The translations under genes were made by a program, and so were the position numbers. Below are positions 45,683 through 55,392 of a DNA stretch of 64,000 nucleotides, piece by piece. The DNA lies in IMG/VR virus record IMGVR_UViG_3300045988_132810, positions 32,001-96,000 of that record, one strand, 5' to 3'. Origin of the DNA: a virus. The number at the start of each line of letters is the position of its first letter. The stretch's first letter is position 1. Below the pieces are notes generated by a model, which saw only the letters and a program-made list of their open reading frames with translations, had not been told where the DNA came from and made no database searches.

Positions 45683-46609
45683 TTAATTCTCTTTATTGTC
45701 CGTACTATGATTAGAATCAAACATTCTCTGACAGACAACCAACATGCGCAGCATATCATATGATATATCTAGTTTGCCATTACCAGTGCCAGCAATTGCA
45801 CCAGTGTCGATTAAATGCTGCACGGTGTCACGCGCCCAAGATGGGATATCTTCGATTGTCTCATAATGCTTATTGCATGCATCAAACATATGCTTCATGA
45901 CATACAGCATACGTATCATATCAGCAGACAAATCAAGATTGCCTCCACCAGTGCCAGAAATTAAACCTTCATCAATCATATCACTAATAGTTTCTCTTGC
46001 CCAGCTAGGGATATCATCAATAGTATTGTATCTCATTACGTCTTCCTCCTCTTCATCATTTCCATTATTTTTGTTCATGGCCTCATATACATCCTGACGG
46101 AACCCGTCCATAGTGTAACCCATGCCATATGTATTCCACAGAAGTTCTGGATCCGCATGGTTGCTGGCCACACCTCTACGATGACCTTCTGCATGACCAA
46201 TAATCACACCGTCTTCCAGTGGATTAAGCCCATAAGTGTTGCAAAGCTGTGCGAATAATTCCACGGCTGTGCGATATGTCCCAGCAATCTGTTCAGCAGC
46301 TTCCGCATAACTCATTCTAGAGCTAGGTTCCGTCATTTCGATGCCGATATGGGTATTATTTGCAGCGCCACCGCAGTGCCATGCTCTCATCCACCAAGGC
46401 AATGTCTGATATACAGAGCCATCTGCCTGTATAAATGCGTGTACGCAAACTGATTGACCACCCGGCTGATACTGGTTGAAGTTGCGAGCAAACACCGCAG
46501 CACTAGGCTGTGGGCATCCAACGCTATGCAACATCAAACCACTTGGAGTAAGTGTCGAACCAATCTTATAACATTTATTTTGTGTCGCAAACGCTTCAAT
46601 AATTTCCAT
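45683..46609 (-). CDS. endolysin: N-acetylmuramoyl-L-alanine amidase (amidase_2/PGRP type) with two SLH-like repeats
   Basis: HSVGCPQ...VHAFIQ...RAWHCGGAANNTHIGIEM amidase_2 pattern. Two C-terminal repeats of about 45 aa (DIPSWARETISDMIDEGLISGTGGGNLDLSADMIRML and DIPSWARDTVQHLIDTGAIAGTGNGKLDISYDMLRML). Confidence 0.85.
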   Translation of the reverse strand: MEIIEAFATQNKCYKIGSTLTPSGLMLHSVGCPQPSAAVFARNFNQYQPGGQSVCVHAFIQADGSVYQTLPWWMRAWHCGGAANNTHIGIEMTEPSSRMSYAEAAEQIAGTYRTAVELFAQLCNTYGLNPLEDGVIIGHAEGHRRGVASNHADPELLWNTYGMGYTMDGFRQDVYEAMNKNNGNDEEEEDVMRYNTIDDIPSWARETISDMIDEGLISGTGGGNLDLSADMIRMLYVMKHMFDACNKHYETIEDIPSWARDTVQHLIDTGAIAGTGNGKLDISYDMLRMLVVCQRMFDSNHSTDNKEN

Positions 46610-46627
46610 TTAAATCACCTCAATATA

Positions 46628-46912
46628 TTACTTTCCGCCCTTAACTCTTTCAATAATTTCTGAAACAGCAGAGCTACCAGACATTAAAGCAAGTGCGGTA
46701 ATTACTGTGCCAATCACAGATCCCTCCTGCACAAGACCTAGAGCAAGAATAATATCTACGCCAAAGCCGAAAGAAATGACGAATGCGAACACTGCAGAAA
46801 CAGCCATAGTGATATACTTGCCATACTTTGTGCCTTCCCACATTTCCTTAAAGCGATCAATAATATACCACATAATAATTGATAAAGAGATAATTAGAGT
46901 TAACATTTCCAT
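46628..46912 (-). CDS. holin
   Basis: 94 aa with hydrophobic segments and a charged C-terminus, directly upstream of the endolysins. Confidence 0.7.
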   Translation of the reverse strand: MEMLTLIISLSIIMWYIIDRFKEMWEGTKYGKYITMAVSAVFAFVISFGFGVDIILALGLVQEGSVIGTVITALALMSGSSAVSEIIERVKGGK

Positions 46913-46975
46913 AATTTATTCCTCCTATAAATTTAAAATTTTTAATTGCCAAATAGTATTCCAATGATAAAGATA

Positions 46976-48400
46976 TTAGCCACCGTCAGCTCCAGCTTCA
47001 TACTCTTGATGAGTTACTCTTCTCCACATATAAACAGCCAAGTACGGCGGCATGTTATTATGCGCTCCGTCACCGCCAGCAGCGGATGTTTTTGAACCCG
47101 TTGCCCACCACGTTTTGTTGCTGGTGTAGGCGATGTTCGGCCAGCCACTATAACCGCTTGGTGCGCTGTCCGACCCGCCATCGTTGCCCAAGTATTCGTC
47201 GTGGTAGTGGCTAGGGATTTCAGACCTCGTTAACGTGTGCGTAGCCTCGCCACCCATTGTGCCAGCTTTATAGGTATCACCTGCACCAAGCAGGAATCTA
47301 TTGTAAATCGGTAGCCAATATGTCCCAGTGAATCGAGACTGCGGATTTGTAGTATCCGTGCTCATATAAATAGATCCAATCGGATAAAACAAATCAACAA
47401 GAGTTGCCGTATCCACCCCGATATCGCTTTTTAGCTCAGCAAGTGTGCGAGAATACACCCACCCGGAACCATCCAGCACTGCAACCTTGCTCGGTGTGCT
47501 GCCAAGATCGGTCGCGTCCGTCGTTTGCAGCCATGTTCCAGTCAGATACTGACCTGTCAAATTACCGGTCAGCGTGCCGCCACTTGTATTTAATTTGCTG
47601 TCCAAAGCAGCCTTAACCGCCTTATTCTGCACCGGATTAGTCGAGGTCGTACTTAACGCAGAATCAACAGTCGTTTTATTTGCGCCAGTAGCGATCCCGT
47701 TGAGTTTTGTCTTATCAGACGCACTCATCAATCCATTAGCACTCGTAGTCGCAACAGAAGTGGAAGCCTTCCCAGATAAAGCAGTATTGATAACCTTGTT
47801 TTGAACTGGATTGGTAGAAGTGGTGCTTAGAGAAGAATCAATAATCGTTTTGTTGGCTCCATCGGCAATGCCATCTAATTTTGATTTGTCGCTAGAAGAC
47901 ATTAAACCATTAGCACTTGTCGTAGCAACAGCAGTACTTGCTTTGCCACTAAGAGCTGTATTAACCGCCTTGTTCTGAATCGCATTAGTTGAAGTGCTAG
48001 ACAAAGACGAATCCACCGACGGGATCGCCACTGACTTAGCTGCGCTACCATCATAGCTACCAGTAACAGCACCAGTAAAAGTCAAAGCATGCGGATTCTT
48101 AAGCGCCGTAGTCGTGCTAGGCAAGGCTCCTACATCTGAAGCGGTCAGGCTGATATCTGAGCTTAGAGCTTTATTGTTAATCTTTCGTGTAGTTTTAACA
48201 TAGTTTGCTAATGTAGCCGCATCTTGAAATGGAAGTTGAGAATACCTCTTTGTACCATCTCCGACTTTGAACCTTGTTTCACCGCTAGTTGTGTCAACAA
48301 TAGCAATCTCTCCATTTAGCAAAACAGGGTTTTTACTCGTCCAATTGGCCTCTGTATCTCTTTTATTTTTTACGCGCGTATTAAAAATCTTATTTGCCAT
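46976..48400 (-). CDS. tail fibre protein (conserved fibre N-terminus, ST-rich repeats, C-terminal tail-collar domain)
   Basis: ATG 48400 follows AAGGAGG. N-terminus RVKNKRDTEANWTSKNPVLLNGEIAIVDT...FKVGDGTKRYSQLPF. About 46-aa tandem repeats (SSLSTTSTNPVQNK...). Collar-type C-terminus YPIGSIYMS...GGEATHTLT..EIPSHYH...HNNMPPYLAVYMW. Confidence 0.8.
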   Translation of the reverse strand: MANKIFNTRVKNKRDTEANWTSKNPVLLNGEIAIVDTTSGETRFKVGDGTKRYSQLPFQDAATLANYVKTTRKINNKALSSDISLTASDVGALPSTTTALKNPHALTFTGAVTGSYDGSAAKSVAIPSVDSSLSSTSTNAIQNKAVNTALSGKASTAVATTSANGLMSSSDKSKLDGIADGANKTIIDSSLSTTSTNPVQNKVINTALSGKASTSVATTSANGLMSASDKTKLNGIATGANKTTVDSALSTTSTNPVQNKAVKAALDSKLNTSGGTLTGNLTGQYLTGTWLQTTDATDLGSTPSKVAVLDGSGWVYSRTLAELKSDIGVDTATLVDLFYPIGSIYMSTDTTNPQSRFTGTYWLPIYNRFLLGAGDTYKAGTMGGEATHTLTRSEIPSHYHDEYLGNDGGSDSAPSGYSGWPNIAYTSNKTWWATGSKTSAAGGDGAHNNMPPYLAVYMWRRVTHQEYEAGADGG

Positions 48401-48480
48401 CCGTTCAACCTCCTTTAATATATAATAAAGGCGCTGGAATAAACCAACGCCTTCTTTAGACTTTATTTTATTCATTTCAC

Positions 48481-50469
48481 TTAGACACTCCCGCCATACA
48501 CATAGTTGGTGGAGCTTCCACTCGACACATCATTAAACAGGCTTTCAACATCAGTTTGTTCAACCCATGCCCCAGATACTTTCTTGTAAACTTTTGTTGC
48601 GGATTTATATGACCCGTTGACCTTGAAATACAACATGTCGGATCTCCCAGTTGTTGATCGTGCTCGCGCATATAAAGTCAACTCTGACGTCGCTGCCTCG
48701 CCGTCCTGCGGGTCTGCAGAATCCTTATTAACAGAAGGAGTGGCGATAGATAATGGATTATTAGAGCTTATAAAAGTTGTACATCCTTCGTCAGAATACC
48801 AACCTTTGAATGTATATCCTTCTTTAACTATTGCCGTAAACATTGCATCCTTCCCCGCGAATGTGGGTGTAGTTGCATCAGCATATTCAATTCCACCTTT
48901 TGCAATAGCAGTACAAATGCACGCGCTATCTGAATAATAACAAAAATATTCTTTATCCTGTGTCGGAGTAAAAATATAATATGGCCAATATGTCAGCATA
49001 CTCCTTTCGCCAAGACTAATGTCTCCGCTTTCCGCAAAACATGTTACTGGAGCATCTGAGAGTTGACACCATATAGCACACGTAGTATTGGCTGGAACTT
49101 GCAATGATGCTTTAACTGCTGCTATCGTGTCAATTCCAGTTTTTGTTGCTTGCCCAAACACTTTAGATGATTCAATTTTATCAAATTCGCCAGTTTTAAC
49201 ATATTGCTTTTCATTATAAGTTAATTGATCGTAATATAATGCGGCAATTTTCAAGGTCCACGTACCGGATCGTCCCGCAACCCCTTTTAATCCACGTGTT
49301 AATTTAATTGTATACATTATAGCGCCTGATTTTGGGTATAATTTATAATCCGTTGTTGGCGTACAGGTATACGGATTATCTTCACTAACTAGTTGTGTTA
49401 ACCCTTCATCTGCATACCAGCCATACAATTTATAATCATCACTCTCGGGGGTAAATGTAAATATCGCATTGTCGCCATAAGTAATGACAGAAGCATTAAC
49501 GCTTGCCGTTCCATGTTCTGCCCGTCCAACGCTAATATTCAAATTGCTTAGATGAGCCTTTGCATACAGTGTTGTATTCGCGGTAATAGTAACTACATAT
49601 GGATTCGCTGTACTCACTAGATTTGTGCAGTTCTCATCTGAATACCATCCATCAAAAACGCATCCAGTATTAGCTGTCGCAGAGAAAGTGCAACTGCCAT
49701 TTGCTGGAACTGCTGAGTCGCTTACGCTAACAGATGATATATTTGCGCCGGCAACTGCCGCACATGTAAATAATTTTACATCATGTGTATCTTTAGCATA
49801 TAATGTTAAATCCGATGTTGGACTAACTGAATAAATTTGATCTGTGCTTACAAGATTCGTGCAAGCGACGTCACTATACCATCCTTCGAATGTTTCTCCA
49901 TCTGCTACTGTAGCTGTAAAAGTTACAATGTCGCCATCATAAGCTTCAACTTTATCAACAGTAGCCGTTACAGTGTTACTAACAGATTTGGCAGCACAAG
50001 CATACTGCATGAAATACAGTGATAAATTAATCTCCTGAAGTGTTACCGCATTTACTGTATTATTTGCATGTAAATGGAAACGAATAACACTATTTTTAGA
50101 TGATTGCAAGATAGCTTCGTCCTTGAGACCTTTAACATCTGTATAGATGCCACTCGCAGGCGGGACTTGTGAGGCTACTTGAGAATCGTCAAACAGCAGA
50201 CCAACAAGGCAATTTTTATTATTTGTTAGCACAGATGTGAAAAAATTAACGTCTGCCTCTACTGGATGCGCTTTGTCATTCGGGTATAAAATGGCTTTTG
50301 ACGTATCATTCAAAATTGCGTATCCATTTTTTCCACCATTCATATAAAGCCTCGCCAATATATAATTACCAAAAGAAGTAATACCAAGACTTACGCCATC
50401 TGCATTTAAATATGTTTTAGCGTCATCCTTATTGGTTACAAGTAGTGTTCTTTTTACTTTAGTTGGCAT
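48481..50469 (-). CDS. structural protein with Listeria-Bacteroides (InlB B-type) repeats
   Basis: At least five copies of the pattern ...F.GWYSD..CT.LVS...Y.V....TLYAK. Confidence 0.65.
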   Translation of the reverse strand: MPTKVKRTLLVTNKDDAKTYLNADGVSLGITSFGNYILARLYMNGGKNGYAILNDTSKAILYPNDKAHPVEADVNFFTSVLTNNKNCLVGLLFDDSQVASQVPPASGIYTDVKGLKDEAILQSSKNSVIRFHLHANNTVNAVTLQEINLSLYFMQYACAAKSVSNTVTATVDKVEAYDGDIVTFTATVADGETFEGWYSDVACTNLVSTDQIYSVSPTSDLTLYAKDTHDVKLFTCAAVAGANISSVSVSDSAVPANGSCTFSATANTGCVFDGWYSDENCTNLVSTANPYVVTITANTTLYAKAHLSNLNISVGRAEHGTASVNASVITYGDNAIFTFTPESDDYKLYGWYADEGLTQLVSEDNPYTCTPTTDYKLYPKSGAIMYTIKLTRGLKGVAGRSGTWTLKIAALYYDQLTYNEKQYVKTGEFDKIESSKVFGQATKTGIDTIAAVKASLQVPANTTCAIWCQLSDAPVTCFAESGDISLGERSMLTYWPYYIFTPTQDKEYFCYYSDSACICTAIAKGGIEYADATTPTFAGKDAMFTAIVKEGYTFKGWYSDEGCTTFISSNNPLSIATPSVNKDSADPQDGEAATSELTLYARARSTTGRSDMLYFKVNGSYKSATKVYKKVSGAWVEQTDVESLFNDVSSGSSTNYVYGGSV

Positions 50470-50473
50470 TTAA

Positions 50474-50740
50474 TTACTCACCACCATATGTGACAGTAGA
50501 AACACTCCCGTCTGAATTTGAAAAATAAATAGTAAGGCTATTAACCCCATCTTCAAATGCAACGACTAAATGATACACAGTCCCATCGTAATACCACATC
50601 GGTGCATCATTAAGAATAAATCCGATAATATCATTAATAGTTGTTCTCTTATCAAGAATTTGGATGCCGTTAACAACTTGTGCCGTAGAAAGATGATGAA
50701 AAATAAGCTCATTATAAGTTAAATTAGCGTTTTCACTCAT
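50474..50740 (-). CDS. hypothetical protein
   Basis: 88-aa ORF with GGAGGG upstream. Confidence 0.5.
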   Translation of the reverse strand: MSENANLTYNELIFHHLSTAQVVNGIQILDKRTTINDIIGFILNDAPMWYYDGTVYHLVVAFEDGVNSLTIYFSNSDGSVSTVTYGGE

Positions 50741-50743
50741 TTA

Positions 50744-51592
50744 TTATCCCTCCGTTTTCAAGTATAAATCGCCGTCCGCCCCAAGGGTGTTAACTGGATC
50801 TGCAGTGCCAGTATAATATGTCGCAGTTGTGACGGATAGGGTGCCATCAGCGGAGATAGACAAGCCATTGCCGACTTTAATTGCTCCAATAGAAGTTGTA
50901 GTGGCGGTGGAAAGATATTTGGAGTCAAGTTTAACCACATTTTCAGGAAATACTAATTTAGAGGTATAAGTTGTTGCGTTAGACCTTTTTACGAGAGTAA
51001 AATATATGCCTTTATTTTTACATATAAGTGCATTTTCATCGGTCGTCTTACGAATGATAAGAATATATATATCATTAGACGCATCTCCAAATTGAATTGA
51101 GATATCATCTTCACTCTCGCTAATATTACTGCTGGTACAAATCACTTCATCACCGGAGCTAAGAACTATTTTTGCTCCAATAAGCGCACTACTTGAGATG
51201 ACCTCATTAGATACCAATACATAGTCTGTAGAGCCTGTCATCTCTTCTACATGCTGAGATTCTTTATTCCCGATTACGCCATCCCATATAATATCTTCAA
51301 AAGCTTTTTTATTATAGAATGGTCTATTCTTAATATAATCACTTGCAGTTTCATCATTCTGATTCCAATCGCTCTGAACCGGTGTACCAGTTCCGCCACC
51401 AGATGGTAACGTAGCTGGCTCCCATTCCGTGGGTACACCATTACTGTCAACCGCCTTTACCTTCGGTATCTGACCGACAGCCGCAGAAGTAAGACCAAGA
51501 GATTTTGATTCATCCGCCAGTGTCACATCACCAGTTTGTCCATTAACTGAAGTTACAATAGGAGTTACAATTTGTAATTTTTTTGTTGACAT
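50744..51592 (-). CDS. tail-fibre-like protein
   Basis: The N-terminus VTSVNGQTGDVTL is a motif I associate with Firmicutes phage fibre proteins. AAGGAGGG upstream. Confidence 0.5.
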   Translation of the reverse strand: MSTKKLQIVTPIVTSVNGQTGDVTLADESKSLGLTSAAVGQIPKVKAVDSNGVPTEWEPATLPSGGGTGTPVQSDWNQNDETASDYIKNRPFYNKKAFEDIIWDGVIGNKESQHVEEMTGSTDYVLVSNEVISSSALIGAKIVLSSGDEVICTSSNISESEDDISIQFGDASNDIYILIIRKTTDENALICKNKGIYFTLVKRSNATTYTSKLVFPENVVKLDSKYLSTATTTSIGAIKVGNGLSISADGTLSVTTATYYTGTADPVNTLGADGDLYLKTEG

Positions 51593-51627
51593 TTTTTACA
51601 TCACCCTCCTTATTCTTAATATTTAAA

Positions 51628-51654
51628 AGGTGCAGAGTGGTTATCCCTGCACCT
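51628..51654 (-). terminator. possible terminator/attenuator hairpin
   Basis: 8-bp stem AGGTGCAG/CTGCACCT, followed on the - strand by TTTAAATATT. Confidence 0.4.
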
Positions 51655-51666
51655 CATGTGTTTAAT

Positions 51667-52311
51667 TTATTTAATCTTAACTGCAGACAAGCGGATTGCC
51701 TCTGCCTTAGTTGCTGCAGTGTACTGATGATAAGTTTCATATTTAATGGTAGTTTGTTCTGTCAATTCTACTATTGTAGCAACAACAGCACCACCACCGC
51801 CAATCATATCACTTCTCACAATACAATAAACAACACTATCATCAGATTTAGTTAATCTAGAAATATACATACATCCAGTGCCATTTACTTCCCATTGATG
51901 ATTACCAACAATTGCATAAGTACCTGCTGGCAACGTTAAAGATGCAATCGTTGTCATCTCCATTTTTGCGACAGATTTACTGTTTGGCGTAGCAGAATAC
52001 ACTTTCCCAATATTGCCAATATTAGTTAATATACCATTAACAGTACTTGCCCCAGTACCACCTTTAGATATTGGTAAGATTCCACTTGTGATATCTAACG
52101 CAGAATGCTTATGAGATGTAGTAGCATAATCAGAATGAGTATGACTTATCAGTGCGTACTCAGTATGCACATGACTTAAATTTGCTTTGCCTGTTTGTAA
52201 AGATGAAATGTCCGATTCAATATCTTCCAAATTGTTAGTCAAACAGGAATTCATATCAGTATCTATCCAAATATTGTTACTCGAATACATAGGGTCAAAT
52301 GTTCCATCCAT
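51667..52311 (-). CDS. tail fibre tip paralogue 3 (HxH-repeat type)
   Basis: Shares the N-terminus MDGTFDPMYSSNNIWIDT...LQTGKAN with the two upstream genes. Three HxH motifs (HVHTEY, HTHSDY, HKHSA). Divergent C-terminus. Confidence 0.7.
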   Translation of the reverse strand: MDGTFDPMYSSNNIWIDTDMNSCLTNNLEDIESDISSLQTGKANLSHVHTEYALISHTHSDYATTSHKHSALDITSGILPISKGGTGASTVNGILTNIGNIGKVYSATPNSKSVAKMEMTTIASLTLPAGTYAIVGNHQWEVNGTGCMYISRLTKSDDSVVYCIVRSDMIGGGGAVVATIVELTEQTTIKYETYHQYTAATKAEAIRLSAVKIK

Positions 52312-52329
52312 GTTGCATACCTCCTAACG

Positions 52330-52977
52330 TTACTTCCATCTACCTATGGCATAGACATCAATATAGAATGGAATGTTGGAACCACCATCAGAACCAATGG
52401 CAGTCCAATTAAATTTAGTTGTTGTGGATAATGCACCACGTGCGGCAATTGCATACCCAGAACCTATATAACAATTATATTGAACACTTGGATTAGCAAT
52501 AAATAATCCAGTCGGCCAATCCGCGCTGCCTGTGAACACATTAAATCCATTCCATGTTGTATAGTGAGTAATATGTCCAGAATCTTGCCGCCAACACTCA
52601 GACATTCCGCTATTCCATTTTCTGTATGTCCATTCTCCAGAAGGGCCAGAAGCTACAACATAATCAGATGGTTCAATTAACCCAGAAATTTGAGACTTAT
52701 TGTGAGTATGAGAACTCACAGCGAAATCACTTGCATGTTTACCATCTAACGTATCTGCATTACCACCATTCGCTGGAAGAGAAGTTGGAATAACTGGTAT
52801 AGATGGCTTGTCAGTTAAATCGTTATAGCTATGAATATGATCTGAGTTTGCCTTGCCAGTTTGTAATGCGTCAATATCAGACTCCATGCCCTCAAGATGT
52901 GTCGTAAGACATCTATCCGCATAAATGTCCATAAAAATGTTGTTTGAACTATACATAGGATCAAATTCACCGTTCAT
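52330..52977 (-). CDS. tail fibre tip paralogue 2
   Basis: MNGEFDPMYSSNNIFMD...LQTGKAN...LPANGGNADTLDGKHASDF. The C-terminus ...AIGRWK resembles that of paralogue 1. Confidence 0.7.
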   Translation of the reverse strand: MNGEFDPMYSSNNIFMDIYADRCLTTHLEGMESDIDALQTGKANSDHIHSYNDLTDKPSIPVIPTSLPANGGNADTLDGKHASDFAVSSHTHNKSQISGLIEPSDYVVASGPSGEWTYRKWNSGMSECWRQDSGHITHYTTWNGFNVFTGSADWPTGLFIANPSVQYNCYIGSGYAIAARGALSTTTKFNWTAIGSDGGSNIPFYIDVYAIGRWK

Positions 52978-52994
52978 ATAGAAGCCCCCTTATA

Positions 52995-53639
52995 TTATTT
53001 CCATTTCCCAATAACGTGAATAGAAACGTACCCACCAGAAACAGTTGTAGAGTATGGGCACCAAATACGATATACCATTTTACTCTTAATAGCACTGGCA
53101 ACTTGAAAATTCAAATATGCTGAACCATATATATTTCCAACCGCCGTTGGGATATCAATAAACAACCCATTTGGGAAATTTACAATACGGCCATTATATA
53201 ATGAATTAGACCAAACACCACTTATCATTGACGTAGTTAAAGGTATCTCTCCAAGAACTTCATAATACCACGCTTCTGACACACCACTTTTCCATTTTCG
53301 ATAAGTCAAGTTTCCAGATGTGCCTTTATCAACCACAATATCTGCAGTTCCATTAACTAAAGTTTGAAGTGTAGACACAGAACTTGCTGTAGCAAAACTA
53401 TTAGCATGCTTCCCGTCAACTGTATCTGCATTGCCTCCGTTTGCTGGAAGTGTAGTCGGAATTGTTGGCTTGCCTGTTAAATTATTATAGCTGTGAGTAT
53501 GATTTACATCTGCTTTATTGGATTGCAGAGAAGAAACATCTCCTTCAATGCCCTCTAAATGAGTTGTAAGACATTCATTTAGATTTGTATCCATCCAAAT
53601 CTGATTGGAGCTATATGTTGGATCAAATGTACCGTTCAT
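52995..53639 (-). CDS. tail fibre tip paralogue 1
   Basis: MNGTFDPTYSSNQIWMD...LQSNKAD...LPANGGNADTVDGKHANSF. C-terminus ...VIGKWK. Confidence 0.7.
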   Translation of the reverse strand: MNGTFDPTYSSNQIWMDTNLNECLTTHLEGIEGDVSSLQSNKADVNHTHSYNNLTGKPTIPTTLPANGGNADTVDGKHANSFATASSVSTLQTLVNGTADIVVDKGTSGNLTYRKWKSGVSEAWYYEVLGEIPLTTSMISGVWSNSLYNGRIVNFPNGLFIDIPTAVGNIYGSAYLNFQVASAIKSKMVYRIWCPYSTTVSGGYVSIHVIGKWK

Positions 53640-53705
53640 TGGGATTCCTCCTTTAGGTATAAAAAGGTTTCATCATTGGTTAAATTTCATGTCAATAGAT
53701 GCCAA

Positions 53706-53954
53706 TTAAAGTAAAGCACTAGTCCATGGAATAGTTCCTGCACTGTCTTTATACCAACTTCCATCCGTGCATTCATAACTAAACTCTGGATGATTATCAC
53801 AAAGATAATATTTAAAAATATATTCCTCGTCATAAACAGGGATTGGAATTAAATTGTCTGTACCAGAATCGTCAGAAGTTGTAGTTCTAACTTCTAAACA
53901 CATATGTGTAGTCGGATCAATTCTTGCAAAATTATAATAATAATTAACACTCAT
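53706..53954 (-). CDS. hypothetical protein
   Basis: 82-aa ORF with AAGGAG upstream. Confidence 0.5.
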   Translation of the reverse strand: MSVNYYYNFARIDPTTHMCLEVRTTTSDDSGTDNLIPIPVYDEEYIFKYYLCDNHPEFSYECTDGSWYKDSAGTIPWTSALL

Positions 53955-53956
53955 AA

Positions 53957-54466
53957 TTAATCAATCTCCTTATATGTGAAGTATCTTAAAACAATAGTAT
54001 CAGAGCTACTATTCGTTATTCCAAGATTTATTGTTTTTGTGTCTGCATTTTTCGAAACATTGGAAATTGCTACTGTACTTCCAACATTATAAAGACAATC
54101 ATTGATGACAACTTTTTCTGCTGAAACGGAATCCAACAAACTAGTATTATATGAACATACTACAACTTGGAGTTTAGTATAATCATATTTGTCCATATTA
54201 GACAATTGTATCTCACAATTATTCCCCGGAAGAATCGCAACACTTCCTTCTGTCGTGTGATAACTTGGAATAACCTTCGTCCCAGTAGACACGCCTTCAT
54301 CTCCAGCATACACTAATCCTGACCTTACATCATTGTCTGTTGCTGTAAAAACAGTCTTTTCTCCAACCACTACTCCAGTCGCAATTTCATTCCCATTCTC
54401 ATCCTCAAGAAGCACAGTATTTAATGCCGATGATGCCATTATTGGATTGCCATATAAACCACTCAT
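53957..54466 (-). CDS. hypothetical structural-module protein
   Basis: 169-aa ORF. Its start overlaps the upstream stop (ATGA). Confidence 0.55.
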   Translation of the reverse strand: MSGLYGNPIMASSALNTVLLEDENGNEIATGVVVGEKTVFTATDNDVRSGLVYAGDEGVSTGTKVIPSYHTTEGSVAILPGNNCEIQLSNMDKYDYTKLQVVVCSYNTSLLDSVSAEKVVINDCLYNVGSTVAISNVSKNADTKTINLGITNSSSDTIVLRYFTYKEID

Positions 54467-55353
54467 ACGACAACCACCTCCTGCACTTTAACCTGAATAG
54501 ATATAGAGTCACTAGGCTTACCACCGGCCACATAAACTCGAACGGTTCCATTACCGCTTTGAGTAGTAAATGCTAATCCACTATCCTGCCAAGATGCAAG
54601 CTGTGCGGGAGTTGGCTGGAGGTCAACAACACTCGTTTCTGTAGCACAGCTAAGTGTCACGTCTTGATAATATGGGCTTGCGGTTCCATTCCATCCCGAC
54701 GCCAACGTAATTGTAGTAACTTTCGGAAGCATGTTCTGCAGCATAGCAATTGTTGCATAAGTGTCTGTAATAACATTACCAGATGCGTCTGATGTAGCTT
54801 GAGGCACTGCACCATATACATCTGCACCAACTGGCTTAGGCATACCTTCTACAACCCACGCAGCTCCATCATACACAATTTGGAATGGCTTATTAATAGA
54901 TATCCAAGTATTACTATATCCTGATTGCAAACTTGTTGTAATCGCGCTTAATCTACGTCTAATCTTTTTAGCTCCAAGTCCATTGACATCTATTGTTGGC
55001 TCTTTGCTTGCACTAGTTTTATCTGGAATCATAATAAAACTTGCTCCTGAGCTCAAAGACTCAATTCCCGGAACTGTCGCAATATATGCCACACCATCAG
55101 AACTGGATGCAACAGCAGTATATACTCCTGCATCAATTGCTGCCTTATTATTGATTTCATTCTTTAAAACTTCATCTAAAAATGGCAATTGGATATAGGT
55201 TTTTACACCATCTCCAATCTTGACTCTAGTCTCCCCACTTGCTGTAGTAACAACTATTATTTCGCCATCTAAAATTAGTGGATTCTTTTTCTCCCAATTT
55301 GCTTCAGTATCTCGTTTGTTTCTCAAGCGTATATTAAATATTTTATTCGGCAT
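54463..55353 (-). CDS. tail fibre protein (conserved fibre N-terminus)
   Basis: The N-terminus RLRNKRDTEANWEKKNPLILDGEIIVVTT...VKIGDGVKTYIQLPF is paralogous to that of 46976-48400. Confidence 0.7.
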   Translation of the reverse strand: MPNKIFNIRLRNKRDTEANWEKKNPLILDGEIIVVTTASGETRVKIGDGVKTYIQLPFLDEVLKNEINNKAAIDAGVYTAVASSSDGVAYIATVPGIESLSSGASFIMIPDKTSASKEPTIDVNGLGAKKIRRRLSAITTSLQSGYSNTWISINKPFQIVYDGAAWVVEGMPKPVGADVYGAVPQATSDASGNVITDTYATIAMLQNMLPKVTTITLASGWNGTASPYYQDVTLSCATETSVVDLQPTPAQLASWQDSGLAFTTQSGNGTVRVYVAGGKPSDSISIQVKVQEVVVV

Positions 55354-55392
55354 AATATTCCATCCATATTATTATTCACCATGCAAAGAATA

